DNA from: Pseudomonadota bacterium
GTDB lineage: Bacteria > Bdellovibrionota > FAC87 > UBA2466
Reading direction: 5' to 3'
Length of the DNA: 25,389 bases
Assembly (NCBI GenBank): GCA_043767805.1
Contig: JAYUGC010000147.1
Location: forward strand, 1-25,389
Part shown: in pieces, positions 1 to 7,588 of the stretch
Numbering within the stretch: the first letter of the stretch is position 1
Layout of the letters: each line of letters opens with the position of its first letter
Made by a program: the position numbers and the translations under genes
The notes under the pieces: generated by a model
Told to the model about the DNA's origin: nothing
The model's database searches: none
What the model saw: the letters and a program-made list of their open reading frames with translations, nothing else

Positions 1-1100
1 GTCGGTTTTCCGGGGCGGACGTTGACGGCGCTCACCCAGGTGTCTTCCGTGATGCCGCTTTCGACGATGAAATATTGATACGCGAGCACGCCGTCGGCCG
101 GAACGTCGAAAGGCTTCGGCATTTTCCAGGTGCGATCGGGGTTTTGGATTTCGTCGTGCTCCGCTTCGTCCGTTACCTTGGGCTCGTCTTTGGGAGAGCC
201 TTTGGGAGAGCCTTTGGGAGAGCCGTTTTTGATCCATGCGGAGAAGGTCTGAATGTCTTCGGCGGAAAGGTGTTTGGCGTCGAGAAACTCGCCGTAGCGA
301 GGGTCGGCCTGCCAGGGCGGCATGCGGCGGGCCGCGATGCGGGTGGCGGCCGTCAAGGAGGCGCCGGCGACGTCTTCATAGGTGCCGAGCGGCTGAAATT
401 CCGCGATGCTTCCGTCCTGGTGGCAACGCAAGCACTGGCCCCGAGCGATGATGGCTTTGATGTGAGAGTAGTACGTAATTTTGGAGGGCGCCTTTTCCTC
501 TACCTTGTACTGATAGAGTCCCATCTCGCAGCCTTGGGTCTTCTTCTTTTGGAAGCTGGACGGGGTGCCCGCTTTCAGTCTGGTGATACTGTCTTCGAGG
601 TAGTTGTTCTTAGGCGCGGGCTTACGGCCGCTAATCCCGTACTGATCGTCGATGGGGCCTTGATAGACGGATGAAAATTCCTCGTCCAGCAGGACGACGG
701 TGGGAGACGTGGTGATCTCGGCTTCGCGGGCGATCAAGCTCAGGGAGTCGTGCACGATCGTCGCTCCCTCCACTTTGCTAAAAATGGACTTCGTGAATTC
801 AGAAGTGTCCTCATCGGCGCTCGAGAAGACGATGAAGAAGTTAAAGTCCGCTTTGTATTTTTCGATGAGCTCCTTGAAGCGCGGCACGTACAACTTGGCG
901 ATAGGGCAGGAAGCACGCACGAAGAAGAGAACGTTTCCCTTCTTTCCTTCGAAGAGAGCGGGGGAGAGCTCCTTCTCCGGAGACCGATAATCGAAAGCGT
1001 TTTTGACTAGGTCCCTGAGGAGCGGGTTGCGCGGGTTAGTGGGCACTTGCGCCCGCGAAAACGTCGAAAGAGTGAGCAACGCCAAAAGAACGTAACGCAT
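1..1100 (-). CDS. Secreted redoxin-domain / c-type cytochrome (CxxCH) multidomain protein, probably continuing into a copper-monooxygenase-like domain; 3' end outside window
   Basis: Absent from the ORF track; translated by hand from ATG 1100 (GAGGAG RBS upstream) and open to the window edge. N-terminal signal peptide MRYVLLALLTLSTFSRA; redoxin-like LFFVRASCPIAKLYVP...TTSPTVVLLD...YQGPIDDQY; heme motif CLRCH; MPPWQADP; FDVPADGVLAYQYF. Confidence 0.85.
   Translation of the reverse strand, partial: MRYVLLALLTLSTFSRAQVPTNPRNPLLRDLVKNAFDYRSPEKELSPALFEGKKGNVLFFVRASCPIAKLYVPRFKELIEKYKADFNFFIVFSSADEDTSEFTKSIFSKVEGATIVHDSLSLIAREAEITTSPTVVLLDEEFSSVYQGPIDDQYGISGRKPAPKNNYLEDSITRLKAGTPSSFQKKKTQGCEMGLYQYKVEEKAPSKITYYSHIKAIIARGQCLRCHQDGSIAEFQPLGTYEDVAGASLTAATRIAARRMPPWQADPRYGEFLDAKHLSAEDIQTFSAWIKNGSPKGSPKGSPKDEPKVTDEAEHDEIQNPDRTWKMPKPFDVPADGVLAYQYFIVESGITEDTWVSAVNVRPGKP
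188..223. repeat. 12-bp tandem repeat x3 (CTTTGGGAGAGC), encoding GSPK x3 on the minus strand
   Basis: Exact copies at 188-199, 200-211 and 212-223. Confidence 0.95.
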
Positions 1101-1186
1101 GAATTAACTCCTCAAAAAATTGAGGCGTACGGATAGCATGACGCGCAAGGTCAGATCAAGCCTCGCGTGCAAGGATCTTGGCCGAC

Positions 1187-1573
1187 TTAAATAGCCGGAG
1201 TTGCGGAGGTTTCTTCGCCTTCTTCCGACGAGTCGTCTTTGAAAGTGTCCAACCACTCCTGGAGGAGCCCATGGACGCGTTCGGCTTGAAACGCTTCCCA
1301 CGTGCCCACGCCGGAGTCGGAAAACTCTTTTTCCCACTCCTCGATGAGGGTGGCGTCGGGCGCGGGCATGGATTGGTAGCGGCCCATTTGGTCGTCCAGA
1401 ATCTCCCAAGCGTCTTCGGCATCCCGCTGCTCTTCTTTGGTGAGATCGAGGTTCATGCCTTCGTTGCTTGCCTGCGCGGCCTCGTAAATATCGCCGCGGA
1501 AGTGAACCACTTCGTCGGTTTCCAAATCGTAGAAGAAGACATGTCCGGCTTTGATGGGCTCTAAAAATTCCAC
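1187..1573 (-). CDS. Acidic UPF0158-like protein
   Basis: FYDLETDEVV...RYQSMP...WEAFQAERVHGLLQEWL resembles the UPF0158 pattern. GTG at 1573 with a GAGGA RBS is preferred over TTG 1645. Confidence 0.6.
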   Translation of the reverse strand: MEFLEPIKAGHVFFYDLETDEVVHFRGDIYEAAQASNEGMNLDLTKEEQRDAEDAWEILDDQMGRYQSMPAPDATLIEEWEKEFSDSGVGTWEAFQAERVHGLLQEWLDTFKDDSSEEGEETSATPAI

Positions 1574-1651
1574 GGCTATTCCTCGCCAAAGGTTTGAGGA
1601 AGGGGAACCTAGCGATAACCGCGTAATTCCGCAAGGCCCGCTCAAGTAAAG

Positions 1652-1774
1652 CTAAGATACCTGGCTGTATTTGAGGCCTTGGGAATTAGCCACCCACCGG
1701 TAGCCGTCGGACTCGAACTCGGCGAAAGCAGTTAGCGAAATGAGCGCGAGGACGGAGATGAGAAAACGAGGCAG
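1652..1774 (-). CDS. Possible small (40 aa) signal-peptide ORF or truncated gene remnant
   Basis: GGAGG then CTG start; (M)PRFLISVLALISLTAFA-EFESDGYRWVANSQGLKYSQVS-TAG. An alternative TTG start lies at 1786. Confidence 0.3.
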   Translation of the reverse strand: MPRFLISVLALISLTAFAEFESDGYRWVANSQGLKYSQVS

Positions 1775-1892
1775 GCGAGCCTCCAAAGAAAGAAGGCTAG
1801 GGGTGGGTGTTTGAGAGCGCAACTAGAAACGCCGGTGGTCCGGGGAGATTGCCGACCGCCCTTGGAGACGGGACAAAATCCAGGATTAGCCG

Positions 1893-1946
1893 GATTCTAG
1901 GCCCGGGGGAGGGCCTCCGGAGTCGGATTCCAGGCCGATTCCAGGC
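1893..1946. repeat. Helically phased direct repeats GATTC(C/T)AGGC, a possible operator
   Basis: Copies start at 1893, 1926 and 1937 (offsets 33 and 11 bp) in the divergent intergenic region. Confidence 0.4.
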
Positions 1947-1983
1947 TGGATCAGTACGTTTTTGCCGATCCATTCCATTTTTA

Positions 1984-2013
1984 TGGACTCGGGTCCGGAA
2001 ATTCGTATATAAC
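1984..2013 (+). promoter_or_regulatory. Putative sigma70 promoter giving a possibly leaderless mRNA
   Basis: TGGACT (1984-1989), N18, TATAAC (2008-2013); ATG 2021 follows 7 nt later with no Shine-Dalgarno sequence. Confidence 0.35.
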
Positions 2014-2020
2014 GCGATGC

Positions 2021-2653
2021 ATGATTTTCGGAAGTAAACTCTTCGTCGTGGAGGACGATCTGTCCCTCCAAGCGGCCGTTCAAGCGGTTTTCGGCATCCA
2101 TAACGATGTCGAGACGGCCTCCGACCTCGCGGCCGCTCGGGCTCGTTTGGGCGTCTCTCCTTTCGATGTCATCTTGCTCGATAAAGGCCTGCCGGATGGC
2201 GATGGCCTTAGTTTGATCGCGCCCTTGAGAGAGCATTATCCTTTCGCGGCCATTCTCGTGATGACCGGCAGCCGGGACTTCAACGCCGCCAGCAAGTGTA
2301 TAGCGGCGGGCGCTGACGACTACATCGTAAAATCGGAAACTCTCATTTCCGATCTCCTGGTACGCCTGCCGATCGTGCTTCACCACGCTTCCTTGCGAAG
2401 AACCGCGTCGCTCGTGCAGGCGATGCCGAGCCTTAAATTGCCCCAGGCCCAAACGGATCTCTCGTCGGAAAGCTATCGTCACTTTCTCGCCACCGCGGAA
2501 AAATCCTTTCTCAGCGGCGCCCTCGATCTTTGTGGCGGCGATGCCACTTTAGCCGCCGAAAAAATTGGCATGGCGAAAAGCACCATCTTCAAAAAGATTC
2601 TCGATTTCGGCATCGAGCGGCGCGGGATCCGCGGTAACCGAGGGAGGGCTTAA
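2021..2653 (+). CDS. Response regulator: receiver domain plus Fis-type HTH, no AAA+ domain
   Basis: VVEDD...DVILLDKGLPDGDG...VMTG...GADDYIVK receiver; C-terminal ALDLCGGDATLAAEKIGMAKSTIFKKI HTH. Confidence 0.88.
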   Translation: MIFGSKLFVVEDDLSLQAAVQAVFGIHNDVETASDLAAARARLGVSPFDVILLDKGLPDGDGLSLIAPLREHYPFAAILVMTGSRDFNAASKCIAAGADDYIVKSETLISDLLVRLPIVLHHASLRRTASLVQAMPSLKLPQAQTDLSSESYRHFLATAEKSFLSGALDLCGGDATLAAEKIGMAKSTIFKKILDFGIERRGIRGNRGRA

Positions 2654-2655
2654 CC

Positions 2656-3282
2656 ATGGCAGTATTGGCTTTTCTATATTCCGGAATCCTCCTCGGCCTC
2701 TCGCAGGGTTTTTCGCCCGGGCCTCACTCCGCCCTGGTGATTACCCAAACGCTTCGCTTTTCTCTCAAAGAGGGAATCAAAGTCGCGGTCGCTCCCATCG
2801 TGGCCACTATTCCTATATTGCTGCTCTGCGGGCCCATCGCAGCTCTTGCCGCTCGCGCTAATCTCGCTCTCGGCGCCATCTCGATCGTCGGCGCGCTCTT
2901 CTTGCTCAAGCTTGGCTGGGAAAATCTCTCGCTGCAAAATTTCATAGTCGAACCCGGCGCCACGGCCGAACCGGCTTCGTTCTGGCGAGGCGCCTTCACC
3001 GCGCTCCTCAGTCCTCATCCTTATCTTTTCTGGATCACCATCGGGACGCCCCAGCTGGTCAAGGGATGGGCGCTGACGCCCTGGACAGCCGTTCTCTTCT
3101 TTCTCGGCTTCATGACCCTTTTTGTTCTGGCGAAGGTAGCCTTGGCCCTGCTTTCCCTGAAGCTCAAGAAAGACACGAGCGCGAGCTCCATTCTTTTCAT
3201 AATGCGGGCCATGGGAATCGTCATGGCCGGCATTGGTCTCGCCGTCGGATGGGATGGACTGAAGTTGTTGGGGGTCGCATGA
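2656..3282 (+). CDS. LysE/RhtB-family amino acid/small-molecule exporter
   Basis: GFSPGPHSALVITQTLR, GALFLLKLGW, SFWRGAFTALLSPHPYLFW; several hydrophobic helices; GGAGG RBS. Confidence 0.9.
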   Translation: MAVLAFLYSGILLGLSQGFSPGPHSALVITQTLRFSLKEGIKVAVAPIVATIPILLLCGPIAALAARANLALGAISIVGALFLLKLGWENLSLQNFIVEPGATAEPASFWRGAFTALLSPHPYLFWITIGTPQLVKGWALTPWTAVLFFLGFMTLFVLAKVALALLSLKLKKDTSASSILFIMRAMGIVMAGIGLAVGWDGLKLLGVA

Positions 3283-5801
3283 AGCAGGAAGGTGTCTATC
3301 TCGTCGTTGGGGCAGGGCCCTGTGGGTTGACCATGGCGGGCTTACTGGCGCGTAGGGGTCACTCCGTCGTCGTCCTCGAAAAGCTGGCCTCGCCCGATCA
3401 CGCAGCTCGTTCTAACGATGAGAGAGCGATCAATCTCTCTCTTTCTCCGAGAGGCCTCTCGGTTTTGGCGAAGCTGGGCCTGGAGAAACAAATCAGGAAC
3501 GCGTCATTGCCGACCCCGGGCAGAATGGTCCACTTGCCCAGCGGGCAGCAGGTTTGGCAGCCCTATGGCCTCGGTAAAGAGGGAAGCCTTCTAACGGTCG
3601 CCCGAGAAGAGCTTCACCGGATTCTAAGAAACGGTTTGAGTCAGTTTCCGAACGTCGAGATTTGCTACGGGAGTGAAGTCGTTGCCATCGATAAGAGCTC
3701 CGGCTCCGTGACCTATAGGGAGCAGGGACGGGAAGCGCGGCTAACGCCTACGCTCACCGTCGGAACCGACGGAGCTTTTTCCAAAGTGCGGCAGCTCATG
3801 CACCGAGGCGAGTACGCGAGTTACCGTCAGACTTTCTTTGGATGGAGTTACAAGCAGGTAAACATCTGTTCCGCGTTCGATCCGAACGGCGTGCACATCT
3901 GGCCCGCGAAAGACGCGCTCATCGTCGCGTTGCCCAATTCCCGAGGAGGTTTTACCGCGAATCTGTTTCTGGAGCGGAGCTCCGCTACTTCGTTCCAGGC
4001 GCTGCAAGGTGCTCAAGATATGACCGCCTTTCTAGCCGATCGCTTTCCCGATCTGGCGTCTGTGGCTTCGAAGATGGCTTCGCAACTGGAGAGGAATCCG
4101 GAAAACCATATCGTTGAGACTTCCACCGATCGTTGGCACGTGGGCGACAAATTCGTTCTCGCCGGCGACTCCTGCCACGCGATGTACCATTTCTATGCTC
4201 AGGGTCTGAACACGGGGCTGGAAGATTGTGATGAGCTGGATCGGCGGCTTGCCCACCACGCGCGCGCCGAGGCGCTCTCGCGCTACCAACAGAGCCGTAA
4301 GCCGAGCGCGGATTCCATTTCCGAGCTGTCGCGAGCGAATTTCACCACTCTCAAAGACCGGGTGGCGTCGCCGCTGTACCACGCCCGCCTCGTTACGGAA
4401 CTTTGGTTAAACCAGGTGCTCGGAAAGTTTTGGCTCCCCACCTATCGCCTCATTTCCGACTCGGGCTTTTCCCAGTCCCGAGTCCGCCGCCGGCTCGCGT
4501 TGCGCCGATGGACGTTCACTTTGGCGGGATTACCTTTACTGGTGGGGTCTATGGCTATTTTTGTGACTATGAGCCGCGTGTTGCAGGCGCTCCGTTCCAA
4601 AGAACTTCCGCCGCCCTGTTTGCCGGAGCAGGAAGCGAGCCCGCTGAAGAAGCACTTCGCCTTTAAGTCGCTCTGCCTGATTTTTGGCGCTTCTCTACTC
4701 ATGGGCGCGGCTCCCAGCCAGAGAACGGTTCGGGTGGGACTTGCTTCCACGCTGTCCGACATTGGGACAAACTCGTCCATCCCTCACGGCGATTTCTTCC
4801 GGCGTGGCATTCAACTCGCCATCAAACATTCCGCAAAGACGCTTCGAGCGGCCGGGATCCGCATCGAGCTGAAGGATTACGATTACGGCAACGATCGCCT
4901 GAAGGTCATGGAAGTGGCGAAGAGCACGGTGGCGTCCGATGTCGCGGCGGTCATCGGGTACAACTTTTCCGATCACGCCATTCTCGCGGCCCCCATCCAT
5001 CAAAAAGGGAAGCTGGCCTTCATTACTCCCACCGCGACCGCGGACCGTGTTTCGGAGCTGGGCGAGTTCGTTCACCCCTTGTCTTTCAACAATGCCTTTC
5101 AGGCCCGGTTGCTCGCGGTCATTGCCCGGAAAGAAATGAAGGCCAAGAAAGTCTTCGCGGTAGTGGCGCAAGATTGCACCTACTGCCAGGATTTCGCCGC
5201 CGGCTTTGCGAAAAGCTTTGGAGAGCTTGGCGGAGAAGTGGTGACGCTACCGGTTCTCAAGGACGACACGAATTTCACCGGCGTCGTGCAGGAATATCAA
5301 AAGCGCGGGGGCAAGTCCGAGCTGATCTTCATTCCCAATCACGAAGTCGTTTCAGCGGCCATTATTCAGGCCTTTCTCAACGCCAAGATCAAAGCTCCGT
5401 TCTTGGGTGGCGATGGGTGGGCTAATTACGGAACCCGCATTTTTGAGTCCATGTTTCAGGAGAGAACCTTCACTGCTTTGGCCATCACGCATTGGGACAA
5501 GCAGATGGTGAATCGTTTCACCGCCAAGTTTCTTTCGGACTACGAGGCCGCAAACGATCAGGCCCCGAACATGACCGCGGCCATGGCCTACGATTCCATG
5601 CTCTTTCTGATTGAGGCCTTGAAGACTTGCCCCGCTTTGGATCGCGTCGCCATCGAGGCCTGTCTCAGCAAGCAAACCACCTTCGAAGGGGTGACGGGGT
5701 CGTACCGCTTCCCGAAACCAAATGCCGCTCCCGAAAAGAGCCTCGTCATCTTGAAACGCAAGAACCGCCGTTTCGAGTTCTTGAAAGTGGTATCGCCTTG
5801 A
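3279..5801 (+). CDS. Kynurenine 3-monooxygenase-like FAD monooxygenase (~3279-4640) in frame with a LivJ/LivK-type periplasmic amino-acid-binding domain (~4644-5801)
   Basis: ATG 3279 overlaps the LysE stop (ATGA). Monooxygenase motifs VVGAGPCG, RAINLSLSPRG, GRMVH, QPYG, DGAFSKVR, HIWP, GDSCH...QGLNTGLEDC. Binding-protein motifs RGIQLAI, AVIGYNFS, ITPTATA, FLGGDGW, AYDSM, FEGVTG. Confidence 0.85.
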   Translation: MKQEGVYLVVGAGPCGLTMAGLLARRGHSVVVLEKLASPDHAARSNDERAINLSLSPRGLSVLAKLGLEKQIRNASLPTPGRMVHLPSGQQVWQPYGLGKEGSLLTVAREELHRILRNGLSQFPNVEICYGSEVVAIDKSSGSVTYREQGREARLTPTLTVGTDGAFSKVRQLMHRGEYASYRQTFFGWSYKQVNICSAFDPNGVHIWPAKDALIVALPNSRGGFTANLFLERSSATSFQALQGAQDMTAFLADRFPDLASVASKMASQLERNPENHIVETSTDRWHVGDKFVLAGDSCHAMYHFYAQGLNTGLEDCDELDRRLAHHARAEALSRYQQSRKPSADSISELSRANFTTLKDRVASPLYHARLVTELWLNQVLGKFWLPTYRLISDSGFSQSRVRRRLALRRWTFTLAGLPLLVGSMAIFVTMSRVLQALRSKELPPPCLPEQEASPLKKHFAFKSLCLIFGASLLMGAAPSQRTVRVGLASTLSDIGTNSSIPHGDFFRRGIQLAIKHSAKTLRAAGIRIELKDYDYGNDRLKVMEVAKSTVASDVAAVIGYNFSDHAILAAPIHQKGKLAFITPTATADRVSELGEFVHPLSFNNAFQARLLAVIARKEMKAKKVFAVVAQDCTYCQDFAAGFAKSFGELGGEVVTLPVLKDDTNFTGVVQEYQKRGGKSELIFIPNHEVVSAAIIQAFLNAKIKAPFLGGDGWANYGTRIFESMFQERTFTALAITHWDKQMVNRFTAKFLSDYEAANDQAPNMTAAMAYDSMLFLIEALKTCPALDRVAIEACLSKQTTFEGVTGSYRFPKPNAAPEKSLVILKRKNRRFEFLKVVSP

Positions 5802-7588
5802 TTAAACCCTGCAAGCGGGCTTTCTCTTTAAAGAGCCAGATTTTGGCCATGACGCTTGGCTGTTTCGCCATTCTCGCGGGGAGCATCCTATGGGTCCAGC
5901 GGAGCTACATTCGCCAGCTGAAACTCGACGAGCTCGAAAAGGTCGGCTCGCTTCTGCTCGCTTCGGGCGAAAGAGAGACCGACGACCTCATTCCGGGAAT
6001 TTTACTCAAGGAGGAGCACCTGGCCCTGAAAATGCTTCTCGAACGAATCGCCTCGCGAGGGGACCTGAAGGAAGTGGATTTCGGGCAGCCTTCGGCTGAT
6101 TTTCTCCAGAAACAAAAAGGCTGTCACGTCGCTTCCCCGCGATCGTGGGTTTGTATCGACGTCGAAAAGAACGAAGTAGTCAGCTACCACCAGGCGGTCC
6201 TCGACGGTCAAATTCTCGGCGTGCTTCGTAAAGTGAAATCAGGCCCGAAGTACGCGCTCAGTGAAGCCCGCCGGCCCTTTCTCACCATTATCGGAGTTTT
6301 GATGCTCTGCCTGGTCGGATTGGTGGCGGGCGTTGCCCTCTTTCTCGACAGAGTCGTACGAGCCCCCTTGTTATCTCTCGGAAAAATATTGGAGCCGGCG
6401 CTCGCCGGAGAGGTTCCTCTGGATACCCCGCTCAGCCGGGTAAAGGAAATCAACTCGGTCATCGGGCAGGTGAAGGAGCTCGTCATTCGATCTCGCGACA
6501 ACCGAGCGAGGGCTCTGATTGGCGAGATGGCGGCCGAGGTAGCTCACGACATTCGATCTCCGCTCGCCGCCCTCGGTGTGGTGGCTGAGTTTAGCCCTGA
6601 GTTACCGGAAGACCGTAAGGCTCTCTTGCGCAATGCTTTGCAGCGCATTCGGCAGATAGCCGACGATTTGCTCGCTCGTCATGCCAAGATTGGATCCGTG
6701 AACGCGGAGGAAGCGAGTCAGCCCGCCTCGGCGGCTTACCCCGATCTCATTCTTCCTCTCTTGGAAGACGTCGTGGAGGAGAAGCGGCTCTCCGCGCACG
6801 GTAACCAGATCGAAATTCGCGTTCTTCCCGACGAAGCGGCCTATCAGCTTTTCGCCGCCATCGTTCCCGCGGAGCTCGAGCGGGTCGTGTCGAACCTGCT
6901 AAACAACGCCGTGGAATCTTTCGGGCCGAAGGGAGGATTAGTCGAGGTTCGCCTGAGTGGATCCGCGACTGGAATTAAGATCGAAGTCAAAGATAACGGC
7001 GGCGGCATCGCACCCGACGTGCTGCCTCGCCTCATGGAGTACGGATTTACCTCAGGGAAACCCGGAGGATCGGGCCTCGGTCTCTATCACGCCAAACGGC
7101 GCATCGAGGCGTGGGGTGGGACCCTGCAGATTCGATCGAGTGTGGGAGTGGGAACGGAAGTCGTGATCCAGTTGCCGAGATGCGACTCGCCGGCCTGGCA
7201 TGTGCCGGAGCTGGTCCTCGCGCCCGGAAGCGAGGTCGCGGTCATCGACGACGATCGCGGCATCCATCGGCGCTGGCTGGAACGTCTGGCGGACGTGATC
7301 CCGGCTTCGCAAATAAAGCACTTCTTGTCGCCCGACGCGTTTTTGGCCTGGTACCGTCAGCGGGATTTGACCACGGAGGCTCGTCTGCTTGTGGACTATA
7401 GCTTTCTGGGAGAAACTTTATCTGGTCTCGATCTCATCGAGAGGGAAGGGTTGGGAGCCCGGGCTTTCCTCGTCACGGGAATGCATCGAGACAAGACCTT
7501 GCTCCAGCGTTGCGAGCGGCTCGGAGTAGGTCTCATTTCAAAATCTGTTCTGGAATTCGTTCCGGTTCGCGTGGGAGCCAGTCAATGA
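5798..7588 (+). CDS. Membrane hybrid sensor histidine kinase (2 TM, HisKA, HATPase, C-terminal receiver)
   Basis: TTG 5798 overlaps the upstream stop (TTGA). H-box VAHDIRSPL, N-box SNLLNNA, DNGGGI, GSGLGL; receiver VIDDD...LLVDY...LVTG...ISK. Confidence 0.9.
   Translation: MIKPCKRAFSLKSQILAMTLGCFAILAGSILWVQRSYIRQLKLDELEKVGSLLLASGERETDDLIPGILLKEEHLALKMLLERIASRGDLKEVDFGQPSADFLQKQKGCHVASPRSWVCIDVEKNEVVSYHQAVLDGQILGVLRKVKSGPKYALSEARRPFLTIIGVLMLCLVGLVAGVALFLDRVVRAPLLSLGKILEPALAGEVPLDTPLSRVKEINSVIGQVKELVIRSRDNRARALIGEMAAEVAHDIRSPLAALGVVAEFSPELPEDRKALLRNALQRIRQIADDLLARHAKIGSVNAEEASQPASAAYPDLILPLLEDVVEEKRLSAHGNQIEIRVLPDEAAYQLFAAIVPAELERVVSNLLNNAVESFGPKGGLVEVRLSGSATGIKIEVKDNGGGIAPDVLPRLMEYGFTSGKPGGSGLGLYHAKRRIEAWGGTLQIRSSVGVGTEVVIQLPRCDSPAWHVPELVLAPGSEVAVIDDDRGIHRRWLERLADVIPASQIKHFLSPDAFLAWYRQRDLTTEARLLVDYSFLGETLSGLDLIEREGLGARAFLVTGMHRDKTLLQRCERLGVGLISKSVLEFVPVRVGASQ

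Noticed and set aside
188..223. CRISPR-like repeat
   Set aside because: Contiguous 12-bp units with no spacers, inside a coding frame.
75..1010. Plus-strand ORFs 75..674, 700..990 and 750..1010
   Set aside because: Antisense shadows of the real minus-strand gene 1..1100; no motifs.
1187..1774. TAG read-through joining the small signal-peptide ORF to the UPF0158-like ORF (same frame)
   Set aside because: The downstream gene has its own RBS and GTG, there is no evidence of recoding machinery, and frame coincidence occurs 1 time in 3.
3066..3278. Long ORF-track N-termini (also 5627, 7510, 19587, 21377)
   Set aside because: They overlap upstream genes or promoters; the coupled or RBS-supported starts at 3279, 5798, 7585, 19767 and 21434 fit better.
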